Source of the DNA: Perkinsus olseni
Taxonomy: Eukaryota
Direction of reading: 5' to 3'
Length of the DNA stretch: 64,000 bases
Assembly (NCBI GenBank): GCA_013115125.1
Contig: JABANN010000018.1
Location: forward strand, 62,001 to 126,000
Part shown: positions 23,758 to 37,371 of the stretch, one piece after another
How positions within the stretch are numbered: position 1 is the first letter of the stretch
Layout: each line of letters starts with the position of its first letter
Program-made: the position numbers and the translations under genes
Notes under the pieces: model-generated
Databases searched by the model: none
What the model was told of the DNA's origin: nothing
The model's input: only the letters and a program-made list of their open reading frames with translations

Positions 23758-25424
23758 TCAGGGTTCAAGCCCCTTGTACCCGCTGGCCATCGACCATGCT
23801 AGTGAGCGCGAGAGAAGATCCGGGGGTCCGTCCCCATCAGGCAAGGAGCTACTCACAGCTCCCACCACAACATGCCTGTTGGGAATACCGTACCCATCGG
23901 TAGCAGGAGGTCGGTCAGGCAGGGACGCCACGGACGGAGGAGAGTCCATATCGGGTATCTGCCACGTGCAAACCACTCACCATTACCCTTAGTTACCAAT
24001 GATAACGGAGTCATCTCACTGATGGAAACAACGGGCCTACCGTAGCAGCTCCGTTGCAGAACACGCACTGAGCAGAATCACTGCGATCGATCTCACCCGC
24101 CCTACGTAAATGACGCCCATCCGGCGGCCGCCAACGCCAAGGAATAGTCTCACCTTTCTGCGGCAGCGGACTCGGCCTCGATAGACCGACGGAAAGCCAC
24201 CAGCTGCTCATCAACTTCCCTTCTATGCAGCGCGCCATCACGAACCCTCAGTCCTCTATCTTGTCCTCGCAGTTGCCCTCCCAAGCGAGCCACCGAAGCC
24301 TCCAAGAGTTTGATATACTCCCTGTGTTGCCGACGTTCCTTCACCAGCCAACTCAAGCGCGCTGACAGCTCCTCGTTCAACACCTCTGATGCTTCGCTCC
24401 GCCGTAGATATCTGGTGATTTCAGCGACCAAGCTAACGCTTAGTGGCGACTACAGGCCTCAAGCACTACACCTCAATCTCTTTCCCCGAAGCACTCAGAC
24501 TCTCAGCCACCGACAGTTTCACCTCCCACAGCTGATCATTCAGCCTCTCATTTTCCCCTTCGACCCTCTCTAACTTCTTCGCAAGACGCTCCTACAACTA
24601 AGGAAAGCTCCACCACAACTCAGGTCGATACTTACCTTCTCCTCCTTCGAAGCCACTGCTGAACTTTTCTCCTGCCTGGCAAACTCCGCGGCACGCAGCA
24701 GCATTCCGGCAACCGTCTCGCTACTATCTGCGCCATAGGCCACTACACCCCTACAGCTGTCCAGGTGTGAGCACCTAGAATCTCAGCCAGCTTGCATAGG
24801 GTTTCTGCTGGGTCCCCCGCTCCAGCCTCAATCGCTAGCACCATATCCCCGACCTTCTTCTCGAGCGACTGCTTCCTCGACCGCTCGATCTACAGCACAC
24901 CTCGTCCGAGTATCGCCGGAGGACCACACCTTCAGTTGTCGGCTGACCGAACCCAGGCGAGTCAGCAGACGCTTCTGACCCTCCCTCTGCTCATTCAGCT
25001 GGGAATGAGCCTCGGCCAGCTTGCAGTTCAGGGCCACTCGCTCATCCGTCAGAGCTGGGACCACGGCTGCTTCTACATTATCATCAGCACCAACGAGCTT
25101 ACCTCCGACCTGCACCGATGCAAGTGCCAAGGAGGGGCCGACAACCACCCCTCGTCTAGGAGTGGCTGCCAGACTGCTTGAAGGGGAGGAAGCTGGTACT
25201 GAAGGCCGACTCTGAGACAAAGACTCTGCCCACCATTCGCCAGGCAATAGCAACAGTACCGACGATCGCCCAGCACTGGTCCTCGAGGATCTGCCAGGCC
25301 TCGGGCTTGGTATTCCACAGCCACCCAGGAGCTCCGTCTGCCTCATCCGTGTACGCGCCTGTGCTTCTAGGAGGCGCCGCTCCAGCTCAGCACTCGGGCT
25401 GCCAGTCTCAGCGTTCGCTGTCAT
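23758..25424 (-). CDS. Multi-exon coiled-coil hypothetical protein
   Basis: Heptad-like E/R/L-rich exons (ELERRLLEAQAR; LAEAHSQLNEQREGQKRLL; REYIKLLEASVARLGGQL). Confidence 0.55.
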
Positions 25425-25754
25425 GGGATGAGCTAAACATAAACTGCAGTCAGCAATACAGGAGGGATGAGGTAGCCCCAGAACGCTAGACCGGCGAGGT
25501 AACATCACTCATACTAGAAGCTTTGAAATGGCCAGGGCCAGGAACTTGCAGGCCAGTTAAGACAATCATATACTGAGACAATTATACGGCGAATATTAGT
25601 GTGACGGAGCTGTGCTGTATGGTGGTGGGGAAGGGGAACTCGTCACAAAACCAGGCTCGATACCTGCCAGAACACTGAATAGAGGAATATCGTCGGCACC
25701 AGGAATCGATCCATGGGCCTCGGGAGAGGAGAACGCGGCACGTGACGGACTTAG

Positions 25755-28022
25755 CTACCCCACCTCATCCTGATCTGCCTCTGCAAATGACCTCCAGGGA
25801 GTATTACACCTCATTATATCGATCCAATCTCGCGGCGGATGACACGCGAACTTGAGCAATTTGCGTTTCCGACAGTACTGCAAGGCCAAGTATCTAAGGT
25901 TGAAGCATGGCAATTCCGACACATCCAACCTGCAGCCTACAAGATATTCCCGAACACCACCGCTCCCACTGTAAAAGCTATCACACTCCATTCCGCATTC
26001 ACAAAGGGCGCCCCCAGTATGAAGCATATGAATACTGAGGGCGGTAGCAGTAGAATTATACATCCCCAAAAGCCCAGAGGGATCGTATAGGGCCGCCAGA
26101 TATTAGGATTGGTGTACCGCAGATAGAGGAAGGCCGCGAACTCGAGGAGCTCAGCCAGGCAGTATCTAAAGAGAATCGGGCCCCTCAATCAGGCAGCAAC
26201 AGTAGGGGGAATTACATGCAGTTGAGAAGCTCCACGATGTCTAGAAAGTTCAAAGTAGTGAGACTTAGTATAACACAGAGCTGGAGGCATATAGCGATGG
26301 TAGGGGTCTCGTGGTGATTACGGTATGCCAACTTCTCGGGGAGCCACCCATGCTCGGCCATAGCCTGGTTTGCAACGAAGGGTGATGAGCAACGCATCAA
26401 TAGTACTGGAAGGATACTACCTGTATTTGGTATGAATCCGAGGACATCTCGGCATGGTACTGGCCGACATTTGAGATCACAGCCGCAAGGACCACCCAAC
26501 CGCCAAGAGCCCATCCTCCGATATCGTATGCTACCTGAGTGTAGGCTAGCGTCATCATCATAACCTCAACCTTCAGAAGGCCCCCACCTTTCCTAGGAAC
26601 CCAGCCTGCCATGCGTCGAAGGCCTGATCTCCCGCGAGCGCAAAGGACCCGTCCACGCCGGTCGCAATACCCAGGGGTAGAATATAGGCCAGGCAAGTGA
26701 GACACAACGCGAGTAACAACGCCCTAGGCATGGCGGAGCGTGCGTTCTCTACCTAGAATGCAGAGCGTGATCTCCCGCGTCAGGACTACTACTATTGCTA
26801 CCTCTCCTGCCAGAGTCGATACCGAATCCCAGTAGTTGAGGTTCCAAAAGAGGACGTTTAGCCACTTGGTCCACTCCATGTCCCTCCGTTCGAGTAGCCA
26901 GTTAGAGGGATCCACTCGGGGAGCTCCCATGATAATGAAGACGATGAATGGTGATAGCACAAAGCACATCATCACCACAGCTAACCACCCCACGACCTGA
27001 TCACCGACAGCAGACATGAAAGCCATCGCCGTGGATCCCCTAGAACTCACTTTCAGGCCTCTATAGTTGACGTATGTGAGAGCAAGCGTGAGAACGACGA
27101 GCGCTATGTTGCTGTACCTAATCGAGCAGCAGTACGTTAAGGTCACCGTAGCGCTATGGGCTTGTTTGACCACCGCCCCGAGTATTACAGTTTCTCATTG
27201 AGGATCGGAAAGGCCACTGCCAGGTAGCTCATGAGTAAATGGGGGTATATAGCATTATCAGTAGCCCCCGAAAGCCAGGACCAGAAGCCCTCCTGGAAGC
27301 CCCAGTATGGCCCGAATGCTGCTGTGACCCACGAGACGTATCTGAGGTAGTACTAGGCGCCAGGCAATCGCGTTGGAAACAAACTAAGACGACCAGATGG
27401 TTATCTCGTGTCTGGAGACTCACCCGCAGTTGCTCGGGAAAGTGCTGCTCATCTCAGCGGTGACTAATGCCTCCGGTAAACACCATACCAAGGGGAATAT
27501 GACAAAGCCTATGAGGGCCCAGAACGGTCCACCAGCCGCCACAGCATCCTCCGTTCCGAATGGTCCGCCTGACGAAGGAAGTCAGAGCCTTCTACCCTTC
27601 TCTGGCTCTAGGGAAGAGTCTAATCTGTCGCGCCGAATTCAGTCCTTTCCTTCCTAAAGCATGCGACAGAACACATCCTCAGACTGGCGAACTTAATGGC
27701 TTCTAACCACGAACTTTGGATCACGAAGTGCCCCCAGCTTACCAGAGACCGAGTAGAATATGATAGCAACTGCTCCCCACAACGTGAGTGGCTTCTTTCT
27801 CCCCTGTGGCTTTATCATATAGCTCACTGAAGGGGAGGTAGGGTGGACGTTCAATGGGCTCCTCAATTCCGATTCCTCAGCCACTATGGCCTGGGTCTCA
27901 GCAGCATCACGTGACATTTTACGCGGCGGCCTTTGCTGCAGCTGCTGTCCTCCACCAGACAGACGTCTGTACGATTGATGGGAGTTCTCGTGGTCGACTC
28001 CTGTATGATCTTCCATTACCAT
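25755..28022 (-). CDS. APC-superfamily polyamine/amino-acid transporter (PUT/RMV1-like)
   Basis: [97 protein letters not shown]…RPYTIP. Confidence 0.93.
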
Positions 28023-29161
28023 TACCCTCGTGTAGTATTATGATAGATCCTGCCAACAGATGGTCCTGATGATCTCGTTAGTGCCCTCGGTCGGTAAGAT
28101 GATGACGACGCTCAAGCCAATGGAACGGTAAGAGAGCCATCAAACTGAATCTCACGCATTTGAGCGCTGTTGGATAGCCACCAAGTGACCCAGATGCAAA
28201 CCCTTGACTTAACACGCGAATCCAATTACGATTCTATTCTGGTGTGCGGTACCACCCTCTACAACCACAACAGGAATGATGGTCGAATAAATTTCGCGCC
28301 CGCCCCCATGATCGAATTACCCATCCTCTGATGATGATCCTCGTCCAAGGTTGTGCGCCATGGCCCATGGCATTCAACCAAGATACACCCCTCGACTTGC
28401 AGTGTTTGCATTAGTAATCATAGCGCGTACACTGACCACAGCTACCCATACTAACTAGTTATGATGATGATTTGTTATTCACGACCACCGCGTTGGTCAT
28501 TGCCGCCATACATCTGTCGTCCGGTGGAGCCCGTGCACGGTCCCATAAGCTCTATGGGACGGTACACGGGCTCCATGGATACAGGGTGCTTGGTCGCTGA
28601 ACGGTTAACGTGAAAAGTGTGACCAAGATGCCAAGGAATTAACCCTTGGACAAATTTTCGCGCCGCGACCCGCCATGGAGACCTCACGAGGAATACCAAA
28701 GCGAAACTCGACCAATGTACTTCTGAGACACGTAGCAAGCTACGTTTCGAATATCATGGGCAAATGCGCAACCACTCGCGAGAAAATGCCCCCCGAAATC
28801 GGAGGAGAAGTCATGGGACACCCTGACACCCTGTTTATTTTCACCTCTTGTTGCAATGAACGCCAACGCTGGCCATGTAGCGAGCTCATCATCAACGATT
28901 GCCAATCATTCAGATGGCAGCCTTTTAACAGTCAGGCAGGTGAAGATCAAGGTTCCCACGACCCGCTTTTGAAAATCTAGTAAAGCTCCCGGAGCGGATG
29001 TCTAGTAACTGAATTCCCGTCCAGGCCGAAAGCGTACTAGTCACAGCCGTTGTGACGTGGAAGTTGTGAGATCCTCTGTGATAAGATTGTTGATGCTACG
29101 AATACTTATCACTAGTGGGACATAAGGTCCATCCACTCAACAATAATGATCGGCCAACACA

Positions 29162-30418
29162 TCACTCAGCGGAGCGGCGGGGATCGAAGACCAAGGCCTT
29201 TTCATCGTCCTCAATGGCATAATAAAAAGGTTCATCACCGCAACACCTCTGCTGCGTGTATATCTCGTCCCAACACTCGCCAGTCGTGGCATCATCGCCG
29301 TCGCAACAGCGGGCTCTGAGGCCCCCATCACCCCCCTCCCAACACCACAGCCTCTCCCAAGGGCATTCCTCAGGCAGAGGATCGACAAAATCACGTTCAC
29401 CAGGCTCTGTCGACTTCGCAAAGAGGTCGAATAGTAGGCCTGTAACTGCCTTATCTTCCGGCGCAACATCCAACAGGCCACAAGTAACTTTCCTGACGAG
29501 GTCGGGTCTCTCCAGATGGCGCGACCCTGCTGGTTCGGCCGCATCATAGAGTCGGTAGCCGAAGGACAGCAGGTAGTTTACCACCTCCACCGCGGTTGTG
29601 TTGGTATAGGAGAGCGCTACTGAGTTGAGCTCGAAGAAAATACCATCGATGCGGCCTTGAGAGAGCAAGCGGCTGGCTCCTTGCAAGGCTCCCAGCTCGA
29701 ACCCTTCAACATCTATCTTCAGCAGGGCTATCCGTTCCTCCCCTGGTAGTAGGGCGTCCAGTGTGATGGTCTTGGACTCGTACTCGATATACATATCGCG
29801 TGTGGGGTCGGCCAGGTCCCGGGCTCGCTGCTGCACATACCCACCGTGAAGATGGCCCGCCGCCAGATGACTGAGGGCGAAGCGACCGTGTCGCATAACA
29901 ATGTCGCTATCCACGCCAGCGCGGACTACTCGGATACCTCGCTGTAAGAAAGAATTAATTTGTAGAGTCTGTTCGAAGTAGAAGCCAGCCGCTGGGTTGG
30001 GTTCAATGGCAACGACCTAACGGAAAGGTCAACAAGGCACATCAAAAGCAGCGATGGCCAAGCCTACCTGCGCCGCTAGCTTAGACAGTATCAAGTGCAT
30101 CGAGCAGGCCCCGATGTGTGCTCCAGCATCGATGAACAGGCCCCCGAAGGGGAGGTGATACGCCCACCAATTCACAATATCTTCACACTGCGGCCACATG
30201 CCTACCCTTCGCATAGTGCGGCCGATGATGTCCGAATCCTCCGGCGGGAGGCACACTTCTACAGGCACGTTAGAGTTGTTCAGATTGAATGATATGAGCT
30301 CAACATCGCACTGTAGATCGAGGTCGGGTAGAACCCCAGGGGTTGAGGGTTGAGAGTCCCCGGCGCCGGTGGCCAAGTGTTGTAAGTAGAGGGCTACCGG
30401 TAGAATGAGATGAGTCAT
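29162..30418 (-). CDS. FkbM-family SAM-dependent methyltransferase with signal peptide and C-terminal Cys-rich module
   Basis: FIDAGAHIGACS; VVAIEPNP; TITLDALL…IALLKIDVEGFELGALQGA…IFFE. Confidence 0.88.
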
Positions 30419-31134
30419 ATGCAAACAACAGGAAGTCACCAGATGGAGCTTGGGTAGAGTAAGCACCAGGCCCTCACAGTGTTAGTATTATTCGTATTCA
30501 CACTGTGAACTAATTATTGCCATTATTAAACGGTGTAATTCTTTATGATACCCAGTATCCAACATAGATATCGATCAGTGTATCCACGGTTACTGATTAT
30601 TGTTATGAAGCATACACTACTAAAGGTGATGTGTCCAAGTTCAATACCCTGAGGACACCAACTTGAGGCCCCACCGCGACCAGAGTGCGTCATCTGTCGT
30701 ATGAGATGTCCGGAAGCTCGAAGTGGCAGGCTGTAGGCGTGACAGTGATCACCTCCTCGGCTGATGGAGCCTAGTCCCCAACTACACCTTAGTGTATCTC
30801 AGAGAGTTGGGCGGCACTAACCTTGTACTGATACGAGTGAAACGGGCGCTACTCGTAATGAGACAGCAGTACGACGATGTCTTTACCGGCTACTGCCCGT
30901 CGGTCCCAACCACCACCACCGCTGGAGTCCACACTAGACAGGAACTCAACAGGAGGTATGACGTAATAGGTCATCACTACACACACTAGAGTACGATAGA
31001 GTCCGGCATGCGGAAGAACAAGAAGAAGAAGATAATTCTACACAACAACGATGCTGCTGCTGCTGGCACTCAGCGAGTGCTAACACAGCCAACACCATCA
31101 TCGTTGTTGCTGGAAGGTAGATGACAATAGAAAG

Positions 31135-33108
31135 TCAATATGGCGCTGCTGCCGCTGCAGCGACTGTGGCGTGCTTCGGGCAGGCATCATTGCTGCCTTC
31201 ACCCTTCTTAATTTGGACCTTTATTCTCTTCCCAGTGGGCGCCATGTAGCCATCCATCGTTTGGACCTGTAACACAAAAACTGTCTCCTTTCTTTCTCGG
31301 GTAGTCCGATGCCTGCTGACTAATAGGCAACTCCTTCACATTAACCAACACTAGTGCCTTTTCATAGTCCATTTAATCCCTCTTCGCCCACACGACCGCC
31401 GAGCGCCAATGTCATGGACAGAGCCACAGCCGCAGTAACCTCCACGTACAGCTCTTGCTGCCGATTCACAGTTGTCGTAGGAGATGAAGCCGTAGCCTCG
31501 AGAAATACCAGTCTGCTTGTCTACCACCACCTGTGATACCTCCGGCCTCCTTGTCCGCTAGGCGCAGCCTCCAACTTACCTTAGCCGATATGATCCGTCC
31601 GAACTGCCCGAAGTTCTGCCGTAAGTCCGTCTCGGTCCACGCGTCTGGGACGGAGAATACGAAGACGTTTGCTCCACTGGGACCTGCTGCCCATCGTGAA
31701 GGCCCCCCTACGACGCACTTCGATTACCCTTGGCTTGAGGGGCCGTGTGAGCGGCTGCTGGATTCTTGAACTCCATAGGAAGCTCCCATTGCACGGTGTT
31801 CGAATGGGAGTTGTGATAGTAAGGTGTGCCGTCCATTGCGAAGTACCTTGCCAGGCAAGATTGCCAAGCATAAGGAATTCTACTGAGGGGTCTAGCGAAG
31901 CCTCCGTCAACCTACTCCGTCCAAGCGCCTATCGTTCTCGATGCAGGTGGTTGCTGGCTGCCAGAAGTAGCATCATTCACAGCCGCATTGAGGGGTACCG
32001 AGGCTGTGAAACAATCCATGCAAAGAGTGCCACGGAGTCACACTCCCACCAGCCCTCCTCACCGTGGCCACTCTGACCGTATCCCTGCGACATGCCGTTC
32101 ACGAAGCGGGGCTGAGCCTGGTTTGGGTTATGATCATAACCATTGGTTGCCGGGGAGCCGTAGGAGCTGACTGGAGGTAGCGAGCCTGAGGATAGGGAAC
32201 CAACTCAGCAGCCTGGCTGAGAAACAGGTTTAATTATGCCGTGCTACCAGCTGGCCGCTTCGAAGGGCCTCCCCGACTAGAAGGATCAGCGACCTTCACT
32301 TCCAACATCCGCTGTGACCCCTCCACCTGCACTCGGCCATTGACCTCACTGATAGCCTGCATGGCGTCCTTCTCATCAGCAAATCGTACGAAGGCATATC
32401 TGATGGTATTGCCTCTTTGACGGTTGGCGTGCAAGAGGCTTCCCACAAGGCATGCGGTCCCGGTACGTGGACTTCAGTCACTCGGCCAAAAGGCTCGAAT
32501 ATGTTACGTAGTTCAGCAGCCTCAGTAGAGGGGCCAAGACCGGACACGTACAGCTTCGTATCTTGACCTACGCACCGCAAAGGATACGCCCAGATGCACC
32601 TCTAGTCCTGTCCCCACGACTACCTCTAATCCCTGGAGACTCCTTAGGAAGGCCGAGCCTCTCTGCTTCCCCTTGTGCATATATAACAGTGAGGGGCTTA
32701 GCACTCTAAGGAAGGCAACGTCGCTACGCTCACGGCCGGCTCATTGACCAACGTCTGGTAAGGTCTTCCCATTGAGTGCCGCGATCGCACTCTGGCCCTC
32801 CGCCAGATCTCGAAAGCGTACAAAGGCCAACCCTGCATCAGGGCACAGGATGCACGCTTTAGCAGCAGCCGCTGCAACCCACCCCGAGACTCGTGTGTCT
32901 CCCTGTCTTTCATGATGAACACTTCCTCGATCCCGCCATACCTGATCACACGGCCAGGGGGAAGTAAAGACCTTGGCCGATAGAGTTGACACCCTGTTGG
33001 CTACTCCTGGAATATCCTCAGCACATCGTCTGATGTCAAGGACTTGGACAGGCCTCGGACGAAGAGCTTCACTGGGCCCCCGCCGAGGCTCTGTGGTACG
33101 TTTACCAT
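31135..33108 (-). CDS. CELF/Bruno-like RNA-binding protein with three RRMs
   Basis: RRM1 VKLFVRGL…GLAFVRF; RRM2 DTKLYVSGL…YAFVRF…MLEVKVAD; RRM3 GPSGANVFVFSVP…SRGYGFISYDN…KRIKVQIK, typical of CELF. Confidence 0.9.
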
Positions 33109-33265
33109 ATACTAAATACACACTACCGAGTTCAGCTTGTCTGCACCTGTTATCAGCACTGACGGCGGTACCTCCCAAGGGCTCTGCTGTAACAACCCAA
33201 CAGAGACAGCAAGAACGGCAGTAGGAAACTTATTAAAGGCCCAGTATGAGGCGACCAGCAGCATG

Positions 33266-34747
33266 CTACTGAGGCACGTGCTCGTCAACCCACTCAGACC
33301 CCATGAGCTGGCATACAATATTCCTGTACTTAGGAGAGGCCTCAGCGAGCTTCGTCAAGCGTTTCCGATCATGCCGTGCGAGATACCTGCCCATTTACCG
33401 TCCTGGAAAACGCCTAACACCTCTTCGCTCACTCAGCAAGTTTGCTGCGGGGCCGCACTGTTTTCCCCGCTATGCCCATCCGGTCCATGAAATCCTGATC
33501 ACGGTACCAAAATCGACAGAATCAAAGTAGCCGTGGCCCAGAGTACATCGATGATCGCGTCACTCGCCGCAGTCTTCTCGTCTCCATCAGCGTCCCCAGT
33601 CGAGGCCTCCGATAGCACCTCCAACTCTATAATGGAATAGGGCACGGGGTCGTTAGGGAAGGTTGCCGAATCCACATCCACATTGATCGTCTAAAGTGAT
33701 GATACATGTCCACACTCCTTTATGCCCATCCGCCACGGAGACGAAGCTTGGCACTATGGTAGAGCCACTCAGAGACTAATTCGATCACTGATGGCTCACT
33801 AATACACTGGTCACTGATATCACTGGACTGATGGCAGCCATCATCCCTGAGAGAGCCTCTATCCCCGGGTTACCCTGCCATCCTGAACGGCATGATATGT
33901 AGTCCTATCACTAGTGAGCTCAGCGAAGACCTTAAAACCTCGCTGATCCAGGAGATGACGAAGATCGACCTTGGGACGGTCCACTGACGGAAAAAGGAAC
34001 TGAAGTTGCTGAGACCTAGACAAACATTCATTATGATAAATCTGCGTTACCTCTTTTACATTATTCTCTCCTTCCAGCTCATTATAGATCGAGGAGCCGT
34101 TGTGGGAGCCGTTCGAGATACCAGGAACCTTCATCTCCCATCCACCATTTCGGAGCCGAAGCCATTGGTCTTTCCTGAATACGGTACACCAAGTGCTGGC
34201 CATACACCGATTGGGATAAGGCAAATAACACCATGACGTGCACAGTTTCACGGGGGGATATTCCGTAGAGCGTAAACGAACCAGAGGTTCTACTCAAGGC
34301 CAGGATTACAGGATTATGGATAACAATAACACGTAATACTGAAAATCTTCATTCACATTTTACGACATATATAACATATGAGAGAAAGATCCACACTGTA
34401 AGATACTGACGCGCCAAGCGTATCGATATCAAACTAGTAGACGTGATATAAACAAGATAGTAGAAGTAGGGCCAACAATACTAATATTCTAGGAACAGTA
34501 GTAATGACCATCTCGAGCAATGACTACCATCAACGCACATGAGCCACAATACCCCCAGTCACCTGACCAACGACATCTCATGATCATCCCAATACGTGTC
34601 GTGGAGCACAACACGACGGACAGGCGCTCCGAGCTTGGATAAGAAGGCGGCAACCTCAGCCGATGACGAAAGCGCTATCTTCCTCTCCACCTCCAATCGT
34701 GCCGCTGCAGCAGCAGCAGCACTAGCAGTAGCAGTAGTAGCAGACAT
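33266..34747 (-). CDS. CYTH-domain thiamine-triphosphatase-like protein
   Basis: LEVERK (ExExK motif); LHDTYWD…LVR|KDQWLRLRNGGWEMK; IYNELEG; IIELEVL; SKLAEYL. Confidence 0.85.
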
Positions 34748-35204
34748 AACGCTAATAGGAATACACAAGCTGGTGGACCACTGAATATTAAGCAACGTAG
34801 GATAAGCACTCCACAAGGGATGTCTCATTGCCAGTGTGGGTTGGTATTGAATGATAGTATTGGTGGTTCATCTCTCCCATTGTCTCATACCCACCGATAG
34901 CGGTAGTGTGTACAAAGATTACTGAGAATTGATAAAGGCGAGGATACTCCACGACCATCAATGCATCTACAAGTATTGTTATCATCACCATTATTATCCC
35001 GCGTAATACACCCCCTTTTAACGCATAATCATAGTAGTGGTAGTAGTAGTATCAATAATAATAGGACTGCGGCTGGTGGGTAACAGTACTAGCCACCACA
35101 GGGAGGAGGAGGAGGAGGCGCACCGCTTGATAACGTCTATCTACGCCTACTATCATCAACCAGTATCCAAGATTCAACATGGACCAGGAAAATACGCGGA
35201 AAAA

Positions 35205-37065
35205 TTAATAGCGCATACCACCACGAGGCCGATCGTATCTTTTAATATCGTAAGAGGAATCGTCATCACCACCTGAGGCAGGGAGGAATCTTGACGTCGA
35301 CCATGCAGATGGCAAAAAGGTCCTACCAGTGTTGCGAGAGCCCTCATTCCTAGTGATACGTAGGCGTTCAGTACAGCCCTGTATACGTCGGCCGTCCAAG
35401 GATTTGATGATATCATCCACCTGAAACAGTCCGCGTACGCATCAACAATGCGTATTCTACTCTACCTGTGCAGCGTTAGTATACTCCAGCACACCACAGC
35501 AGACTCGGCCTTCACGGAAAGTCCTGGCGAACGAGCAAGAGCTGCCATAATCCTTGCCTAACATCAACAACAGCGTAACCAACCATCAGCAATCGAAAGC
35601 TCTCACCAAGTTGCTTGAGTTCTTGCCAGCTCATATCTTCAGGGAGATTCTCCAACTTGAGCTGTAGTGCCCCTCGAGGAGCCGTGGCCCCACCATAGCG
35701 GCCGGCAGGGCGTGGGGTGTCTCTGTCATCGTAATAGCTGACTCCACTGTCACCATCGGTACGGCGGCCACCATGAGGAGAACCATCCCCACCACGACTA
35801 GCACGGCCACCGTCACGATCCCAGGACCCATGAGGGTCGGCGGTCCTCGAACGGCTGCCAGGAGGGCTGTAACTGAGTGCGAGGAGATGATCGTAGTGCT
35901 GCGAATGATGGTAGGCTTACTCAGGGTAGTCACGACGAGTCGCGACGTCTCTGCCATAGTCATCTCTTCGGCCTCCACGAGGGTCTGAGACAAGCACATC
36001 CACAAGGAGAGCTAAGCTGGTGATGACTTACCTTCCCGGTACCAATCCCCGCCACGCCTGTCCTGATATCCCCTTCTGAATTCCGAAGAGTATCCACCAC
36101 TGTAGCCACCAGCGCCCCAGCGGCCGCCATAAGAAGGCCTTCTCCAGTCCCTGACCATACGCTGCTATAAACCCCCCCCATCCACTGTGAGGCACCCACC
36201 TGTTATAGGAGTCGTTTGGACGGCGACCGTCGGTAGATTGCCGAGTAGCATGAGCGACCTGCAGGAACTCCCTCAGAGCCGGTCAAACTGCACATCACTC
36301 ACCTTGATAGTGAAGCCACCGAATTTAGTCTGGTCCACATCCTCAATGGCATCCGTGGCTGCATTCTCGGTTTCGAACTGGAGGAAGGCGTAGGTGTCCC
36401 TTGACGATTGGCAGATCTTCACATCAGTGACTCGACCTACCACACCAACCGTAACTCCCAGAGAGCAACCTCGAGCGACTTACCGAATTTACCGAACCTA
36501 TCCTCAAGCTCAGCATCGCGGACGTCCGAGGGCAGGCCGCCAACCCAGATGCGAGATGCACACCCTGGCTGCGGGGGCATTCTGGCAGGGGTGATCTCGG
36601 CGCGACCGTATCGACGAGGGGCCGATCGAGACCTAAAGGGAAGTGAGAGGGGCACTAGGACTGACCTTCTCCTTACCTCGATCTGTCCCGCCTAGGCTCC
36701 CGCCTGATTTCATCATCGTAGCTGCCATCACGACGACGGTCGCCAGAGGTACTTCTCTGACGCCGACCATCGTCCGACATGGAGTCGGTGCTGCTGCTCG
36801 CTCGAGCCGGGGTGCCACGGGACGCTTCCATGCGACCAGTACAACTACCAGAGGCTTCCGTGGAGGTTGTAGGCTGTCCGGAAGGAGCATCCTTCACATC
36901 ACTAGCCCCTAACGGTGCGGTACTCTCGGGGGCTTCTGCTGAATCTCTGGGGGCCTCGCGTTCGGTGTCCTTTTCGTGAGCGGGGGCCTTGGGGCTCTGG
37001 TCCCCACCAGTGGGAGCATCACTGGGGGCCGGGCAAGGGTAGTCAACAGAAGTTTCTCCAGCCAT
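35205..37065 (-). CDS. SRSF1/ASF-SF2-like splicing factor with two RRMs
   Basis: SRIWVGGLPSDVRDAELEDRFGKFG…YAFLQFE; second pseudo-RRM LENLPEDMSWQELK…GVLEY; Gly/Arg-rich linker. Confidence 0.88.
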
Positions 37066-37371
37066 TTTATGAAGCCGAACCACTCAAGGGTGGCACGCGA
37101 TGCAAACGTTTTTACATGAGTTAAAACGCTCAAATCCATACCCATTCCGCGCAACGATTAGGTCCATAAACGTGCTCTCGGGATGTTTAAGCGGGTTCAT
37201 GAAGGTGGCAAGCACCCTCCAGTAGCCTGACCTGCCATATTACGGGGCGGTCCTTGGGAGAGTTGCCCTCCTGCGAGGGAGGGTGACGCCCTCTTCCGTA
37301 CCTTCTCTGTGTGACCTCTTATCGCGCTGCGTCTCTCTATCGTGGATGTCTTCTTCGCAGTTGATGTGTTT

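Noticed and set aside
28099..28150. C/D-box snoRNA candidate (ATGATGA…CTGA)
   Set aside because: Short, with a weak terminal stem and no verifiable target; ATGATGA is common here from (TGA)n tracts.
28290..28670. E2F-like TTTCGCGC motifs upstream of the transporter
   Set aside because: The same octamer also occurs in introns and elsewhere in the window, so there is no evidence of specificity.
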